Below, piece by piece: positions 50,515 through 61,598 of a stretch of DNA of 64,000 bases. The stretch is from positions 736,001-800,000 of the forward strand of contig CAWGVS010000006.1 of the NCBI GenBank assembly GCA_963826115.1, written 5' to 3'. This stretch comes from an uncultured Candidatus Rokubacteria bacterium (lineage in GTDB: Bacteria > Methylomirabilota > Methylomirabilia > Rokubacteriales > DASRDR01). A model generated the notes under the pieces. It had not been told where the DNA came from. It worked only from the letters and a program-made list of their open reading frames with translations, and did no database searches. The translations under genes were made by a program, and so were the position numbers. Positions within the stretch are counted from its first letter, which is position 1. Every line of letters begins with the position of its first letter.

Positions 50515-51555
50515 ATGACCGGACGCCCGACGCAGTTCGGCCGGATCCACGCCCCGGACGAGGCCTGGCTCGCCCTCGCCGCGCCCGAGCCCATCCTCGA
50601 GCCGGAGCTCCCCATCATCGACACCCACCACCATCTCTGGGACCGGGACGGTCACCGCTACTTCGTCCAGGACTACCTGGCCGACGTTGCCACCGGCCAC
50701 CACCTCGTCGCGTCCGTGTTCATGGAGTGTCATTCGATGTACCGGGCGACGGGGCCGGCGGCGATGCGGCCGGTGGGCGAGACCGAGTTCGTCGCCGGCC
50801 AGGCGGCGATGAGCGACAGCGGCGCCTACGGTCCCGCGCGCGTCGCGGCGGGCATCGTGGGGTTCGCCGACCTGACGCTCGGAGATCGAGTCGAGCCGGT
50901 GCTGGAGGCGCACCTCCGCGCGGCGGGCGGGCGCTTCCGCGGCGTGCGTCACTCGGCGGCGTGGGACGCAAGCGACGCGATCGGGAACATCGGGGCCCTC
51001 GGAGGACCCCACATCTACCGGCGCGAGGACGTCCGCGCGGGCCTCGCGCGTCTTGCGAAGCTCGGCCTGTCGCTCGATGCCTGGGTGTTCCATCCCCAGC
51101 TCGCCGACGTGGTCGACCTGGCGCGCGCGTGCCCCGACGCCCGCATCGTGCTCGGGCACGTGGGCGGGCCGCTCGGCTACGGCCCGTATGCCGGGAAGCG
51201 CGACGAGGTGTTCGCGAGCTGGAAGGCGCAGCTGACCGAGCTGGCGCGGTGCGAGAACGTCAACCTGAAGATCGGTGGGATGATGATGCGGCTGGCGGCC
51301 TTCGACTACCGGACGGCGCCGCGGCCGGCGTCCTCGGCCGAGCTCGGGGCGCTCTGGCGCCCGTTCATCGAGACGGGCATCGAGCTGTTCGGGCCGGGGC
51401 GATGCCTTGTCGAGAGCAACTTCCCCGTCGACAAGATGGGGATCGGCTGGGGCGCGTACTGGAACGCCTTGAAGCAGATCACCGCCGGCGCGTCGGCGAC
51501 GGAGAAGCTGGCGATGTTCAGCGGCAACGCGCGCCGCGTCTACCGCCTCGACTGA
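50515..51555 (+). CDS. Amidohydrolase_2 family protein
   Basis: IIDTHHHLW, FRGVRH, ESNFPVD, NARRVYRL. Confidence 0.92.
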   Translation: MTGRPTQFGRIHAPDEAWLALAAPEPILEPELPIIDTHHHLWDRDGHRYFVQDYLADVATGHHLVASVFMECHSMYRATGPAAMRPVGETEFVAGQAAMSDSGAYGPARVAAGIVGFADLTLGDRVEPVLEAHLRAAGGRFRGVRHSAAWDASDAIGNIGALGGPHIYRREDVRAGLARLAKLGLSLDAWVFHPQLADVVDLARACPDARIVLGHVGGPLGYGPYAGKRDEVFASWKAQLTELARCENVNLKIGGMMMRLAAFDYRTAPRPASSAELGALWRPFIETGIELFGPGRCLVESNFPVDKMGIGWGAYWNALKQITAGASATEKLAMFSGNARRVYRLD

Positions 51556-51775
51556 TCGCTGGCGGCTGCCGGCCTGTCGCGGCGGCGACAGCCTGTCGTC
51601 CGGACTCCGTCCGGGTGCGCCGCTCCCCTCACGGGAGCTTGTCGAAACACGGCCCTGGGCTCGCCCCACATCGGCATTTCGGGACACGTCGCATCAGTCC
51701 CATCGCGGCAGCCGAATTGCACCACGACGAGCGTCGGTCGATCGCGCACTGTTCCTCCAACGGGCGGAGGGGTAG

Positions 51776-52897
51776 ATGGGGCTCATCGCGGAGAGCAAGC
51801 GCCTCATCCGGACCCATGGGCTCGACCGGTTCGGCACGGCGTACCTTCTTGAATCGCCGCTTCCCGGGCCAGAGCCGCTGCGAATCCTTGCCATCAATCT
51901 GCCACTCCCGTACCTCCAGGACGTCTTCGACGGGCCGCTGACCCAGGTCGGCCGGCGCCCGTGCCTCATCGGGGACCTCCGTCGCCTCGCGCGGCGCCTG
52001 GCGCCCCGGGCCGACGTGTGCCTCGCGCGGGTGCCCGCGCGGCGCGCCCGGCGACTGCCGGCGGGTGCCGGCGTCCTCCGCGGCGGTATCCGGATCCGGC
52101 AGGGGGTCGACATCCCCGACGACTGGGAGGCGCTACGCCGGACCTTCCACGCGACCAAGCGCCGGCTGGCCGCCGCCTATGCGCGCGGCGCGCCGCCAGC
52201 GCACGAGGTCTCGCAGGACGAGCGGGATCTTGCGTTCTTCTATCACCAGATGTACCTCCCCCACATGCGGCGCCGCTTCGGGCGCTTCGCGCGCCTGGAC
52301 TCGTACGCCTCCATGGCGGACGCCTTCCGGCGCGGCTTCCTGGTGAAGGTGCCCGCGGGGCCCGAGCCGGTCGCGGCGGCGCTCTGCGAGATCCGCGGCC
52401 GGACGTACATCTACCGGCGGATCGGCGTCCGCGAGACCGAGACGGACCCGGTGCGCGGCGGCGCCACCTCGGCCCTCTACTACCTCATGCTGCGGCAGGC
52501 CTGGGAGCGTCGGGTCTCCCACCTCGACATGCTGAGGGCGCGAGCCTTCCTCCGGGACGGGGTCTACCTCTTCAAGCGCCAGTGGGGCGCCCGCGTCATG
52601 CCCGATGACGGCGGCTCGACGGACGCGCTCTTCTGCGTGCCCGCCGGCCCGCCCCGGAAGGTCGCCACATTCTTCGAGCGATGCCCGCTGATCGTCGGGA
52701 GCCCGTCGGGGCTCGTGGCTGCCGTTGGCGTCACGGGCGCCGGGCTCGACGCCGCGAGTCTCGCGAGCCGCTACGGCTCACCCGGTCTGGCCGGCCTCCT
52801 CGTGTTCGGCCCCGACGTCCCGGAGCCCGTCGCGGTTCCGCTCTCGACGATGCCCCCGGCGCCCACGCCGGCGGCCGCCGCCGCGCCGTCGGCCTGA
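51776..52897 (+). CDS. GNAT/FemAB-like acyltransferase-domain protein
   Basis: FFYHQMY, SALYY, DGVYLFKRQWGA. Confidence 0.7.
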   Translation: MGLIAESKRLIRTHGLDRFGTAYLLESPLPGPEPLRILAINLPLPYLQDVFDGPLTQVGRRPCLIGDLRRLARRLAPRADVCLARVPARRARRLPAGAGVLRGGIRIRQGVDIPDDWEALRRTFHATKRRLAAAYARGAPPAHEVSQDERDLAFFYHQMYLPHMRRRFGRFARLDSYASMADAFRRGFLVKVPAGPEPVAAALCEIRGRTYIYRRIGVRETETDPVRGGATSALYYLMLRQAWERRVSHLDMLRARAFLRDGVYLFKRQWGARVMPDDGGSTDALFCVPAGPPRKVATFFERCPLIVGSPSGLVAAVGVTGAGLDAASLASRYGSPGLAGLLVFGPDVPEPVAVPLSTMPPAPTPAAAAAPSA

Positions 52898-52966
52898 TTC
52901 GTCTATCATGCGAGCCACGGGCCGCGCCGGCGCGTCCGGGCTCGGTCGAGGGGAGGATCGCCGTCG

Positions 52967-53779
52967 ATGGCCGCGGGGCCAGGCTACGTCCACGGGTACT
53001 CCGACCGCGAGGCGGAGCGGCTGGTCGACCAGGCCGCCGCGCTGACCGAGCTCCTCCACCACGACACGCGGTACCCCGCCGGCGCCCGGATCCTCGAGGC
53101 AGGCTGCGGGGTCGGCGCCCAGACGGTGACGCTGGCGGCGCAGAGTCCCGGAGCCACGATCGTCTCCATCGACGTGTCACCCGAGTCGCTGGCCGCGGCC
53201 CGCGAGCGGGTCGGCGCGGCCGGTCTCGGGAACGTGACGTTCGAGCAGGCCGACCTCTATGCCGCGCCATTCCCGGAGGCGAGCTTCGATCACGCGTTCG
53301 TCTGCTTCGTCCTCGAGCACCTCGAGCGGCCCGGGGCCGCGCTCGCGGCCCTCCGGCGTGTCCTCCGGCCCGGCGGGACCATCACCGTCATCGAGGGCGA
53401 CCACGGGTCGGCCTACTTCCATCCCCGGAGCGCCCACGCGCAGCGCGCCATCGACTGCCTGATCACGCTCCAGGCGCGGGCAGGCGGCGACTCCCTGATC
53501 GGACGCTCGCTCTACCCGCGGCTCGTCGAGGCCCGCTTCGCGGACGTCCGCGTGTCGCCGCGGATGGTGTATGTGGACGCGAGCCGGCCCCATCTGGTCG
53601 AGGGCTTCACGCGGCGGACGTTCACCGCCATGGTCGAGGGCGTCGGCGTGCGCGCGCTGGCGGAGGGGCTCGTGGACGCGGCGGCCTGGCAGCAGGGGAT
53701 CCGGGACCTCTACCGCACCGCGGAGCCGGACGGAACGTTCTGCTACACGTTCTTTAAGGCGGTGGCCCGGAAGGTCTGA
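52967..53779 (+). CDS. Class I SAM-dependent methyltransferase
   Basis: YVHGY, ILEAGCGVG, FVLEHL, LRPGG. Confidence 0.92.
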   Translation: MAAGPGYVHGYSDREAERLVDQAAALTELLHHDTRYPAGARILEAGCGVGAQTVTLAAQSPGATIVSIDVSPESLAAARERVGAAGLGNVTFEQADLYAAPFPEASFDHAFVCFVLEHLERPGAALAALRRVLRPGGTITVIEGDHGSAYFHPRSAHAQRAIDCLITLQARAGGDSLIGRSLYPRLVEARFADVRVSPRMVYVDASRPHLVEGFTRRTFTAMVEGVGVRALAEGLVDAAAWQQGIRDLYRTAEPDGTFCYTFFKAVARKV

Positions 53780-53836
53780 CGTGCGGCCGGCCCGCCGCGC
53801 GGGGGCCCGGCGCCCGCACGGGGACGAGGCCGACGT

Positions 53837-54442
53837 TCACGGCTTCGTGACGGGTGCGGTCATCGGGTGTGCGTGTCCGCCGTGTGCGGGCGCGCCGCCG
53901 TGGGACATGGGCATCTCGTCGTGGCCACCGGAGAGGCTCTTCAGGTAGGCCACGAGGTCGATCAGCTGTCGGCCGGTCAGCACGTCCGTGTAATCCGGCA
54001 TGCGGGAGGAGCCGTCCGGGCCGACGTACCCGGGCCCCGTGACGATGACGGCATTGGGGTTCATGATCGCCTCCGCGAAGTACTCGGCGGGGTGGTGGCT
54101 CCCCATCCCCGTCAGATCGGGCCCGACATCCTCGGCGGACTTCGCCCCGGACGGGAACGTCTCGCCCCTCACGGCATGGCAAGTGTGGCACTCCAGCTTG
54201 GCGAACACCGCCCGGCCCTCCTTGGGGTCCCCGGCGGGCATGGTGAAGCGCCATCCGCGTGGAACGCCACCGCTCCGATGGAGCTCCTCCATCGTGATCC
54301 GTACAGGGGCCGGCGGGTGCTCGTGGGGCGGGGTGCCGGGCGGATGGGTGTGTCTCGGCTGGTCGTCGGCCCGACAGATGCCGCCGGCGATGGCGACGAT
54401 GGTCAAGGCCGCGGCCAACACCGCGTGCCCGGTGGGGCGCAT
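53837..54442 (-). CDS. Monoheme c-type cytochrome, paralog of 30566-31158
   Basis: CHTCH, GPDLTGMGSHHP, SRMPDY. Confidence 0.9.
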   Translation of the reverse strand: MRPTGHAVLAAALTIVAIAGGICRADDQPRHTHPPGTPPHEHPPAPVRITMEELHRSGGVPRGWRFTMPAGDPKEGRAVFAKLECHTCHAVRGETFPSGAKSAEDVGPDLTGMGSHHPAEYFAEAIMNPNAVIVTGPGYVGPDGSSRMPDYTDVLTGRQLIDLVAYLKSLSGGHDEMPMSHGGAPAHGGHAHPMTAPVTKP

Positions 54443-54523
54443 GATTCCTCCTCCGGTCGGGAGCCTCGGCGACGAGCCGGCTCCCTGACTCGCGTATGTA
54501 GGCCCGGGCTGACGGCGGGCTTC

Positions 54524-54560
54524 TGTGATCCATGTCTCACCCCGGAGAGACCTAGGTCAC
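54524..54560. promoter_or_regulatory. Tandem Crp/Fnr-type boxes
   Basis: TGTGA-TCCATG-TCTCA and GAGAC-CTAG-GTCAC, 22 bp apart. Confidence 0.65.
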
Positions 54561-54670
54561 GTCCCCCTCGGCCGCCGAGCGCCATCCTCTTCCCCGATGG
54601 CTTAAGTGCGCGCCGGCGAACCGCAGGATGGAACCACGGAGCAGAGTGAGCGGGCGGAGGAGGCGTCGGG

Positions 54671-56023
54671 TTGGAGCTTAGGGCCGTCGGGCGAAGCCTG
54701 GCCGACCGATCCGACCTCGCGGATCTCGTCCGGCTCTATCTCCGCGACATGGGGAAGTTCCGCCTTCTGACCGCGGTCCAGGAGGTGGCCCTGGGCCGGA
54801 TCATCGAGGCCTGCCAGGAGCGCGTTCGGCGTCAGGCGGCAGAGCTCCCGTGCGTGCGCCGGGACCTTCTGACCATGGTTTCGCGCGTTCGATCGTCGCG
54901 AGTCCTGGCGGACCACGTGCTGGCATCGTCCGACGGCTCCCGTCCCGATCTTGGCGACGTCGACGGGATCCTCCGCGCCTGCGCCCGAGGTCGGCGGCTG
55001 GATCGCCAGCTGCGCGCGCTCGAGGCGGCCCGGGCCCGGACTCGCATGCCGTCGTCCCGGAGGGCCGCGCAGGCCCGGGTTGCCGAGTGCCACCGACGGT
55101 GCAGTCAGCTCGTCGGCGACCTGCCGATCAAGCCCGATCTGGTCGAGGAGTGCCTGGCGCGGTTCCGGGCGCGCATCGAGGGGCGGGGAAGGACGCGGCC
55201 GCCCCGCGGGCGGGTGCGAGCCGCGAGGCGTCGCGCGGAGGTCGGCCTGCCTCCGCCGCGAGCCCGGCGGATCCTCGAGGAGATCGAGGCTGCGCAGACC
55301 GAGTGTCGCGGAGCCAAGCAGGCGCTCGCCGAGGCGAACCTGCGGCTGGTGATCCACGTCGCGAAGCGGTACCTGAACCGTGGCCTGCCGCTCCTCGACC
55401 TCATCCAGGAGGGCAACATCGGCCTCATGAAGGCGGTGGACCGCTTCGACCATCGCCGCGGGTTCAAGTTCTCGACCTACGCGACCTGGTGGATCCGGCA
55501 GGCCATCACGCGCGGGATCGCCAACCGCGGACGGACGATCCGCCTGCCGGTGCACATGGTCGAATCAGTCCAGCGTCTCACCAGGGTCCGGCGCGGGCTC
55601 GTCCAGAACCTGGAGCGCGAGCCTACCCTGGAGGAGCTGGTGGGCGAAACCGGCTTCTCGTGGGGGAAGGTCGAGCGCGCCCTCGAAGCCGCTCGGGAGC
55701 CCGTGCCGCTGGAGACGAGGGTGGGACAGGACACGCACCTCGGCGAACTTCTGCCGGACGCCGAGACGGCGTCGCCGGAGTCCGTGGCGCTCGAGCGCGA
55801 CCTGGCCCGCCGGATCGCACAGGCGCTGTCGTTGCTCGATCCCAGGGAGGCGGAGATCCTACGCCTCCGGTTTGGCCTCGCCCAGCGAGACGAGCGGACG
55901 CTGGCCGAGATCGGACAGCGGTTCCACGTCACCCGGGAACGGATTCGCCAGATCGAGGTGCGGGCGCTGGCGAAGCTGCGCCCCCTCCTGGCGTCCGACA
56001 ACGCCGACCCGAGCGTCCGCTAG
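54671..56023 (+). CDS. RpoD/SigA-like sigma70 factor lacking region 1.1 (accessory paralog); start uncertain
   Basis: [54 protein letters not shown]. Confidence 0.93.
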   Translation: MELRAVGRSLADRSDLADLVRLYLRDMGKFRLLTAVQEVALGRIIEACQERVRRQAAELPCVRRDLLTMVSRVRSSRVLADHVLASSDGSRPDLGDVDGILRACARGRRLDRQLRALEAARARTRMPSSRRAAQARVAECHRRCSQLVGDLPIKPDLVEECLARFRARIEGRGRTRPPRGRVRAARRRAEVGLPPPRARRILEEIEAAQTECRGAKQALAEANLRLVIHVAKRYLNRGLPLLDLIQEGNIGLMKAVDRFDHRRGFKFSTYATWWIRQAITRGIANRGRTIRLPVHMVESVQRLTRVRRGLVQNLEREPTLEELVGETGFSWGKVERALEAAREPVPLETRVGQDTHLGELLPDAETASPESVALERDLARRIAQALSLLDPREAEILRLRFGLAQRDERTLAEIGQRFHVTRERIRQIEVRALAKLRPLLASDNADPSVR

Positions 56024-56038
56024 ACCGGCGTCGGACCG

Positions 56039-56878
56039 CTAGCACCCGATCGCGCTGGGCGCGCGCAGGCGCGCCGCATAGCGCTCGTACGCGCGGAACA
56101 CCATGACGTGGAAGTGCGGCTGCGCGAACTCCTCGATCGCGTCCACGAGACCCCGCGCGTTCAGGCGCCGGAAAACCGCCCGTAGCCAGGCGATCTCCAC
56201 GTCCGAGTGCTCGACCTTCGACAGGTCCACTGCGGCGCCGGTGAGGTGCGTGGACGCCAGCGGGCCGCGGGCCGGCGCCGCGTTCCCGTTCCACGCTTCC
56301 AGCGCCCGCTGAACCGCCTCGGTCCTGGACAGGTCCGTGACGCGCAGGCGGCTGCCGAACCGCGCGCTGACCGCAGCGCCGAGCTGGCGCAGGAAGGTGC
56401 GGGTCCACGGACGGGTGACGCGCCGCCAGCCCGGCACGCCCACCACGGCAAAGCCCGGCGTGACGGGGGGGACGGACACCAGCAGTCCGGCGCGCACGAA
56501 CCGGTCGAGGACCGCACGGGTTCGGATCCGCGAGAGCCGGTCGGCGTCCGCGCCGGCGTTCTCCCGCGCTCGATGCCCCCGGCTCGCCGGGATCGGCCGC
56601 GCCATGGAGGCAAGTTCGCTGTCGCCGAGACGCTCGACGCCGGGCAGCGCGAGGATGTCCCCCGGCCGGATCGGCCGCGCGGAGTCGATGGTGTTCAGCC
56701 GCCGGATGCGTGCGGCCGAGGTCTTGGCCTGGCGCGCGATCCGGGCGAGGGATTCCCCGCGCTGCACGACGTGGCACCACGGTGGCAGGGCCATCGCCTC
56801 CGGGACGGCCGTCGCGAGGCTGGCGAAGGCCGCCAGAGCGGTGCCCCACGCCCGGAGCGCCCCCGTGGGGCGTCTCAT
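56039..56878 (-). CDS. LysM plus DUF5715 (M15-peptidase-like) protein
   Basis: HVVQRGESLARIA LysM; LSRT..Q...N.NAA...STHLTGAAVD, EE..QPHFH. Confidence 0.8.
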   Translation of the reverse strand: MRRPTGALRAWGTALAAFASLATAVPEAMALPPWCHVVQRGESLARIARQAKTSAARIRRLNTIDSARPIRPGDILALPGVERLGDSELASMARPIPASRGHRARENAGADADRLSRIRTRAVLDRFVRAGLLVSVPPVTPGFAVVGVPGWRRVTRPWTRTFLRQLGAAVSARFGSRLRVTDLSRTEAVQRALEAWNGNAAPARGPLASTHLTGAAVDLSKVEHSDVEIAWLRAVFRRLNARGLVDAIEEFAQPHFHVMVFRAYERYAARLRAPSAIGC

Positions 56879-57357
56879 GGAGGCCCCCAGACCAGCGAGT
56901 CGTGGAGCCAGCCCTCGCCCACCTCGTGACGGACGCGGAGCCAGCGCCCGGAGCGCTCGAGCACCAGGAGGTTCACGCCGCGCTCGGCCGTGAAGACGAC
57001 GGGGTAGCCAGTGCCGGGGCGCTCCCGCACGTTGATCACGTCGCGGACGACGACGACCGCGGGCTTGCCGTCGATCAGGCGGGCGTTGATCCAGGCCGAT
57101 TCGTCGGAGGAGTCCCGCACGTGGAGCCACTCGCCCCGTTCGCCGACCACCCGGAAAGGCTCGTTCTCGTGCGCCCGGCGGACCAGCTCCGCCCGGGGGG
57201 ACGGTTTGATCCGGAGGTTCGCCACGTCCACCTTGACGCGGACGAAGCGCTCCGCCCGCGCATCCGCGTCGCGGGGTTGGAGGCCTAGGCTGACGACAAG
57301 GAGGAGACCGAGGACCCACGGGAGCGCCCGGGGGATGCTCGCCAGTCGCGTACGCAT
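56875..57357 (-). CDS. Tandem bacterial SH3-domain exported protein
   Basis: ANLR..P...W..V and INVRERPG...WLRV...GWL repeats. Confidence 0.88.
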   Translation of the reverse strand: MRTRLASIPRALPWVLGLLLVVSLGLQPRDADARAERFVRVKVDVANLRIKPSPRAELVRRAHENEPFRVVGERGEWLHVRDSSDESAWINARLIDGKPAVVVVRDVINVRERPGTGYPVVFTAERGVNLLVLERSGRWLRVRHEVGEGWLHDSLVWGPP

Positions 57358-57681
57358 GTCGCACCTCCGCGCGTGTTTGTGAATGGGGGATGTCCGGACG
57401 CCGCGCGGGGGTACGGGGAGACGCGATGCCGCACCGCACAGGGAAGGTCGGACGGCTCTCCGCGGTTGCCGGCGCGCGCGGCGCCAGTCGGGAAGACTAG
57501 CGCGCGATCGGCGCCGTCAGAAGACGCCGCGCCCGAGGAGGCGGAACGCCGGCAGATTCTCGAGACTCCGCACGTCTCGACTGTAGCCGGGCCGAGGTCC
57601 GCCGCCCCACGAAAATCGTCGGCGCGGGTCGGGCCCGCGATCGCCGGACGACGTCCCGTGGGGTCCGGCGGTCGGGCGTAC

Positions 57682-58374
57682 TCAGGACGTGCCGGGCCAC
57701 CGGTCGCCGCTCAGGCGCTCGAGCTCGGCACGGTCGAGGATCGAGACCGAGCGGCCCTCCAGCCGGATCGCGCCGGCCTCCTCGAGCTGGCGGAGCGTGC
57801 GCGTGGCGACCTCCCGGACGGTGCCGACCATGGCGGCCAGCTCGTTCCGCGTGGGCAGGTCCACGACCGCTCGGGTGCCTGCGAGCCGCAGCAGGGCCCC
57901 GGCCATGCGTGAGATCACCCGCCGGAGGGAGAGATCGCCGGCCAGCCGGGCGAGGTTGCGGAGCCGTCCGGCCATCACGCGTACGACCGCCGCGGCGATC
58001 TGGTGGTATTCGCGCATCAGGGTGGCGAGCGATTCGGCGTTGATGAGCAGGATCAGGGTCGGCTCGACCGCCTGCGCCGTGGCGATCGTCGGCTTGCCGT
58101 CGAAGGCGGAGGCGTCGTTCAGGGACTCGCTCGCGGAGGTGTGGAACAGATCCTGCTCGCGCCCGTCCTCGGAGGTCCGGAAGAGGCGCACGGTTCCCGA
58201 CACGACGATGTAGAGACCCGGCACCGATTCGCCCTCTACGTAGATGAAGGCCCCCTTCTCGTACAGGCGCAGGGTGGCCCGCCGGACCACGACGTCGAGC
58301 ACATCGACGTCCAGGGCCGAGAAGAAGGGGTGGCGCGCGAGCGCCGTGGCCGGGTTGACCTCATGCTTCACCAT
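57682..58374 (-). CDS. Crp/Fnr-family transcriptional regulator
   Basis: cNMP-like domain plus ELAAMVGTVREVATR HTH; no Fe-S Cys cluster. Confidence 0.93.
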   Translation of the reverse strand: MVKHEVNPATALARHPFFSALDVDVLDVVVRRATLRLYEKGAFIYVEGESVPGLYIVVSGTVRLFRTSEDGREQDLFHTSASESLNDASAFDGKPTIATAQAVEPTLILLINAESLATLMREYHQIAAAVVRVMAGRLRNLARLAGDLSLRRVISRMAGALLRLAGTRAVVDLPTRNELAAMVGTVREVATRTLRQLEEAGAIRLEGRSVSILDRAELERLSGDRWPGTS

Positions 58375-58661
58375 GCTTCACCGTCGGTCCCCGGGTGACA
58401 TTCTAGCAGTGCCTCCGGCTCCTCGGCGCTTCGTGCACGATGGCGTCCGACGCTGCCCGGATGACTCGGCGGCCTGCCTCGAAGCGTCCTGTCAAGCAGA
58501 ATCGATCCTGGTTGGTCAGAACCGGGCCATCGCGTCCGTCGCGGCGCGTCGCGCCTCGCGGGCTCGCGTGATTTTGTCACAGTGTCGCGCCTCCTTCTGC
58601 GGGCAAGGTACCCGGTGTGTTCGAGCCGATGGCCGGTCAGAGGCGGGAGGCGAATGCTGCC

Positions 58662-59245
58662 GTGAAGTCCAAGAGCCCGGACAAGAGCGCGGAGCGGGCG
58701 AGACGCGGGAATACCGCGCGGCGTGCGGCGCCGGACGCTGCGGCTTCTCGTCGACGCCCAGTACGTCGTGCGAGCCGCGCTCTCGTCGCTGCTCGACCAG
58801 AGCACCCCACCGGAGGTCAGCCCCTGTATCCACGAGCTCGCCTACGCCGCGACATGGTTCTGCGACGCTCTCGAGCGGCATCTTCCCCGCTGGACGGGAA
58901 GGCGACTGGGAGGAAGCGGTCGCCCGCCTGGGGGTCTCGATCGAGCGCATGGCCGAGGTGCCGACGCTGACCGATCGACTGCGCCTTATCAACCGCGCCC
59001 AGCGCTGGACGGTGGCGCAGATCGCCGTCCTTTCGGCCGAGGACCTCGACCCCGACGTGCGGGCGCTCCTCGAGGAGGCCAGCGCAATCTACCTTCGCGG
59101 CGGGCGGCGATGCGAGGAGATCATCGCGGCCCTCGACCGCGACCGCGAGCTGCCGTCCCGCGGCGGGATGAGGGCGTGCCCGCCGGCCCCCCGGTCACGC
59201 GGGGCAGCCGTCCCGACTCGTCTACGCACTGGCCATGCCGCCTGA
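58662..59245 (+). CDS. Ferritin-like/DUF6306-like helical protein (frameshifted)
   Basis: ATWFC..L and DRLRLINRAQRWTV segments in different frames; GGAGG RBS. Confidence 0.5.
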
Positions 59246-61116
59246 GCCAGGGTCGAGGACCGCACGCCCTGCCAGGGAGCGCGCGCCGCGCCGGCGGGTC
59301 GGCGCGCCGCGCCGGAAGGCCCTCCGGCTGCCCACCAACCCCATCGCGCGCCTCCACGACTGGCTCCGCGGGCAGCCCGACCGGGCTGGTCGCGCTCGCG
59401 CTGTCGGTCGGAGCCGGCAGCGGCGTCGGGCGCGGTCGCGTTCCGGTACCTCATCGCGTGGTTCACGCTGGTCTTCAGCGGCCACGCGGACTACAGCGCC
59501 GTCGGCCCGGCGCGCCCATCCCTGGCTGCCCGTCACTCGGGACGTGGTTCGTCCTGCTCGCGCCGGCGGTCGGCGGCCTGATCTACGGGCCGCTCGTCGA
59601 CCGGTTCGCCCGGGAGGCGCGCGGGCACGGGGTTCCCGAGGTGATGCTCGCCGTGGCGCAGCGGAGCGGGCGGATCCGCCCCCAGGTCGCGGTGGTCAAG
59701 TCGCTCGCGTCGGCGCTCTGCATCGGCTCGGGCGGGTCGGTCGGACGCGAGGGTCCGATCGTCCAGATCGGCTCCGCGCTCGGATCGTCGATCGGGCAGC
59801 TGCTCCGCGTCCCCGAGTCCCGCCTGCCGCTTGATGGTGGCCTGCGGCGCGGCCGCCGGCATCTCGGCGACCTTCAACGCGCCGATCGCCGGCGTGATCT
59901 TCGCCCTGGAGCTCATCCTCCGCGACTTCACGGCGGAGTCGTTCGGGGTCGTCGTCCTCGCGTCGGTCGTCGCGGACGTGATCGGCCGGGCCGCGGTCGG
60001 CGGCGGGGCGTTCCTGACGCTCCCGCCTTTCGCGCTCACCTCGCTCTGGGAGTACGGCCTCTACGCCGGCCTGGGCGTCCTGGCCGCGCTCGCCGGGGTT
60101 GGCTTCATCCGGGTGCTCTACGGCAGCGAGGACATCGCCGACCGGCTGTGGCGGGGTCCGGAGTGGCTGCGGCCGTGCGTCGGCGGCCTGGCTCTCGGCG
60201 CCGTCCTGCTGCTCGCTGCCCGCAGATGTACGGCGTCGGATACCCGGTGCTCGAGCGGGCCGATCCGGGGCGAGTACGTCGGTCGGCTTCCTGCTCCTGC
60301 TGCTGGCGGGGAAGATGCTCGCGACCAGCCTGACGATCGCGATCGGCGGCTCCGGCGGCGTCTTCGCCCCGTCGCTGTTCATGGGCGCCATGCTCGGGGC
60401 GGCCTACGGACACGCTGATACACGCGCTCGCAGCCGGGGATCGCCGGCCCGGCCGGCGCGTACGGCCTGGTGGGGATGGGGGCGATGTTCGCCGGCGACC
60501 GCCCGCGCGCCGATCACGGCGGTGCTCATCATCTTCGAGCTGACCGGGGAGTACCGGATCATCCTGCCGCTCATGATGGCGATCGTCGCTGGCGACCGCC
60601 GTCGCCAACATGCTGACGCGAGACACGATCTACACGTTGAAGCTGCGCCGCCGCGGGATCGAGATCGACCAGGAGCGGCCGGCGAGTCCGATGCGGCTCC
60701 TGGCCGTCCGGGACGCGATGCAGGCCCTGCCGGCACCGGTCTCCCAGGACCTCCGGCTCGCCGAGGTCATCGCCCGGTTCGCCGAGCAGGGACGGGACGC
60801 CCTGCCGGTCGTGGACGCCGGGGGCCGGTACCGCGGCACCGTGACCTCGCGGCGCGTCGAGCAGGCGCTCCGCGAGAATGGCCGGGTGGCGCTGGGGGAC
60901 CTCGCGGAGAGCATCCCGACGCTGCGCCCCGACGAGACCCTGGAGGATGCCGTGGCCCTGCTGGTGCGGAGCGCCGGGGCCGGGCTGCCGGTCGTCGACC
61001 CCGATCGGCACGGGGTCGTCGGCTGGCTCACGCACCACGACGTCCTGCGCGCCTACTACGAGGCGGTGAAGCGGAGCAAGGGACCGGTCCGGCCCCGGCG
61101 GCGCGCCGAGACCTGA
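59235..61116 (+). CDS. ClC chloride channel/antiporter with CBS pair (multiple indels)
   Basis: GHGVPEV, GSVGREGP, FNAPIAG, GGVFAP, IYTLKL, two CBS domains. Confidence 0.9.
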
Positions 61117-61156
61117 CGGAGGCCTCGCGCGGATCGTGACTTAGGTCTCGCCTAGA

Positions 61157-61379
61157 GCTTCGCCAAGGGCCCGCCCCCGATCATCAGCGAGGATCCGAAG
61201 GTCGAGCTCCTTGAGAAGGACGCGGAGTACCACGTCACGACCGGCTACCCGGGCCCGCTAACGCCGGCCGGCGACGAGGTGTACCAGCAGTTCGTGATGA
61301 TCGACGCGGTGGCGCAGTACTGGACCGACGGATGGACCTCGCCCAGACGATCAAGGGGATCTACGCGAAGTTCGCGTGA
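61157..61379 (+). pseudogene. C-terminal remnant of an ABC substrate-binding protein
   Basis: DPK.....GYPGPLTPAGDEVYQQFVMIDAV with no start codon. Confidence 0.5.
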
Positions 61380-61431
61380 GCCGGGGGCCGGGGAGGCACG
61401 GCCCGCCGGACCGCCACGGTCTCCGGGCGCC

Positions 61432-61467
61432 GTGACTTAGGTCGCCCCGGACCGCGACGCCGGTCAC
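61432..61467. promoter_or_regulatory. Tandem Crp/Fnr-type boxes upstream of the SOD gene
   Basis: GTGAC-TTAG-GTCGC and GCGAC-GCCG-GTCAC, 22 bp apart. Confidence 0.65.
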
Positions 61468-61598
61468 GGCGCCTCGAGGCCGGTCGCGTCATCCTCTTCT
61501 CAGACGAACCCTCGGGATCGTCCCGGCCAGGGGGGGACGGCACATGTGGCGCTCCTCAATCTGGCATCGGTGGAACGTCTCGAGACGGGGAGGAAGCG

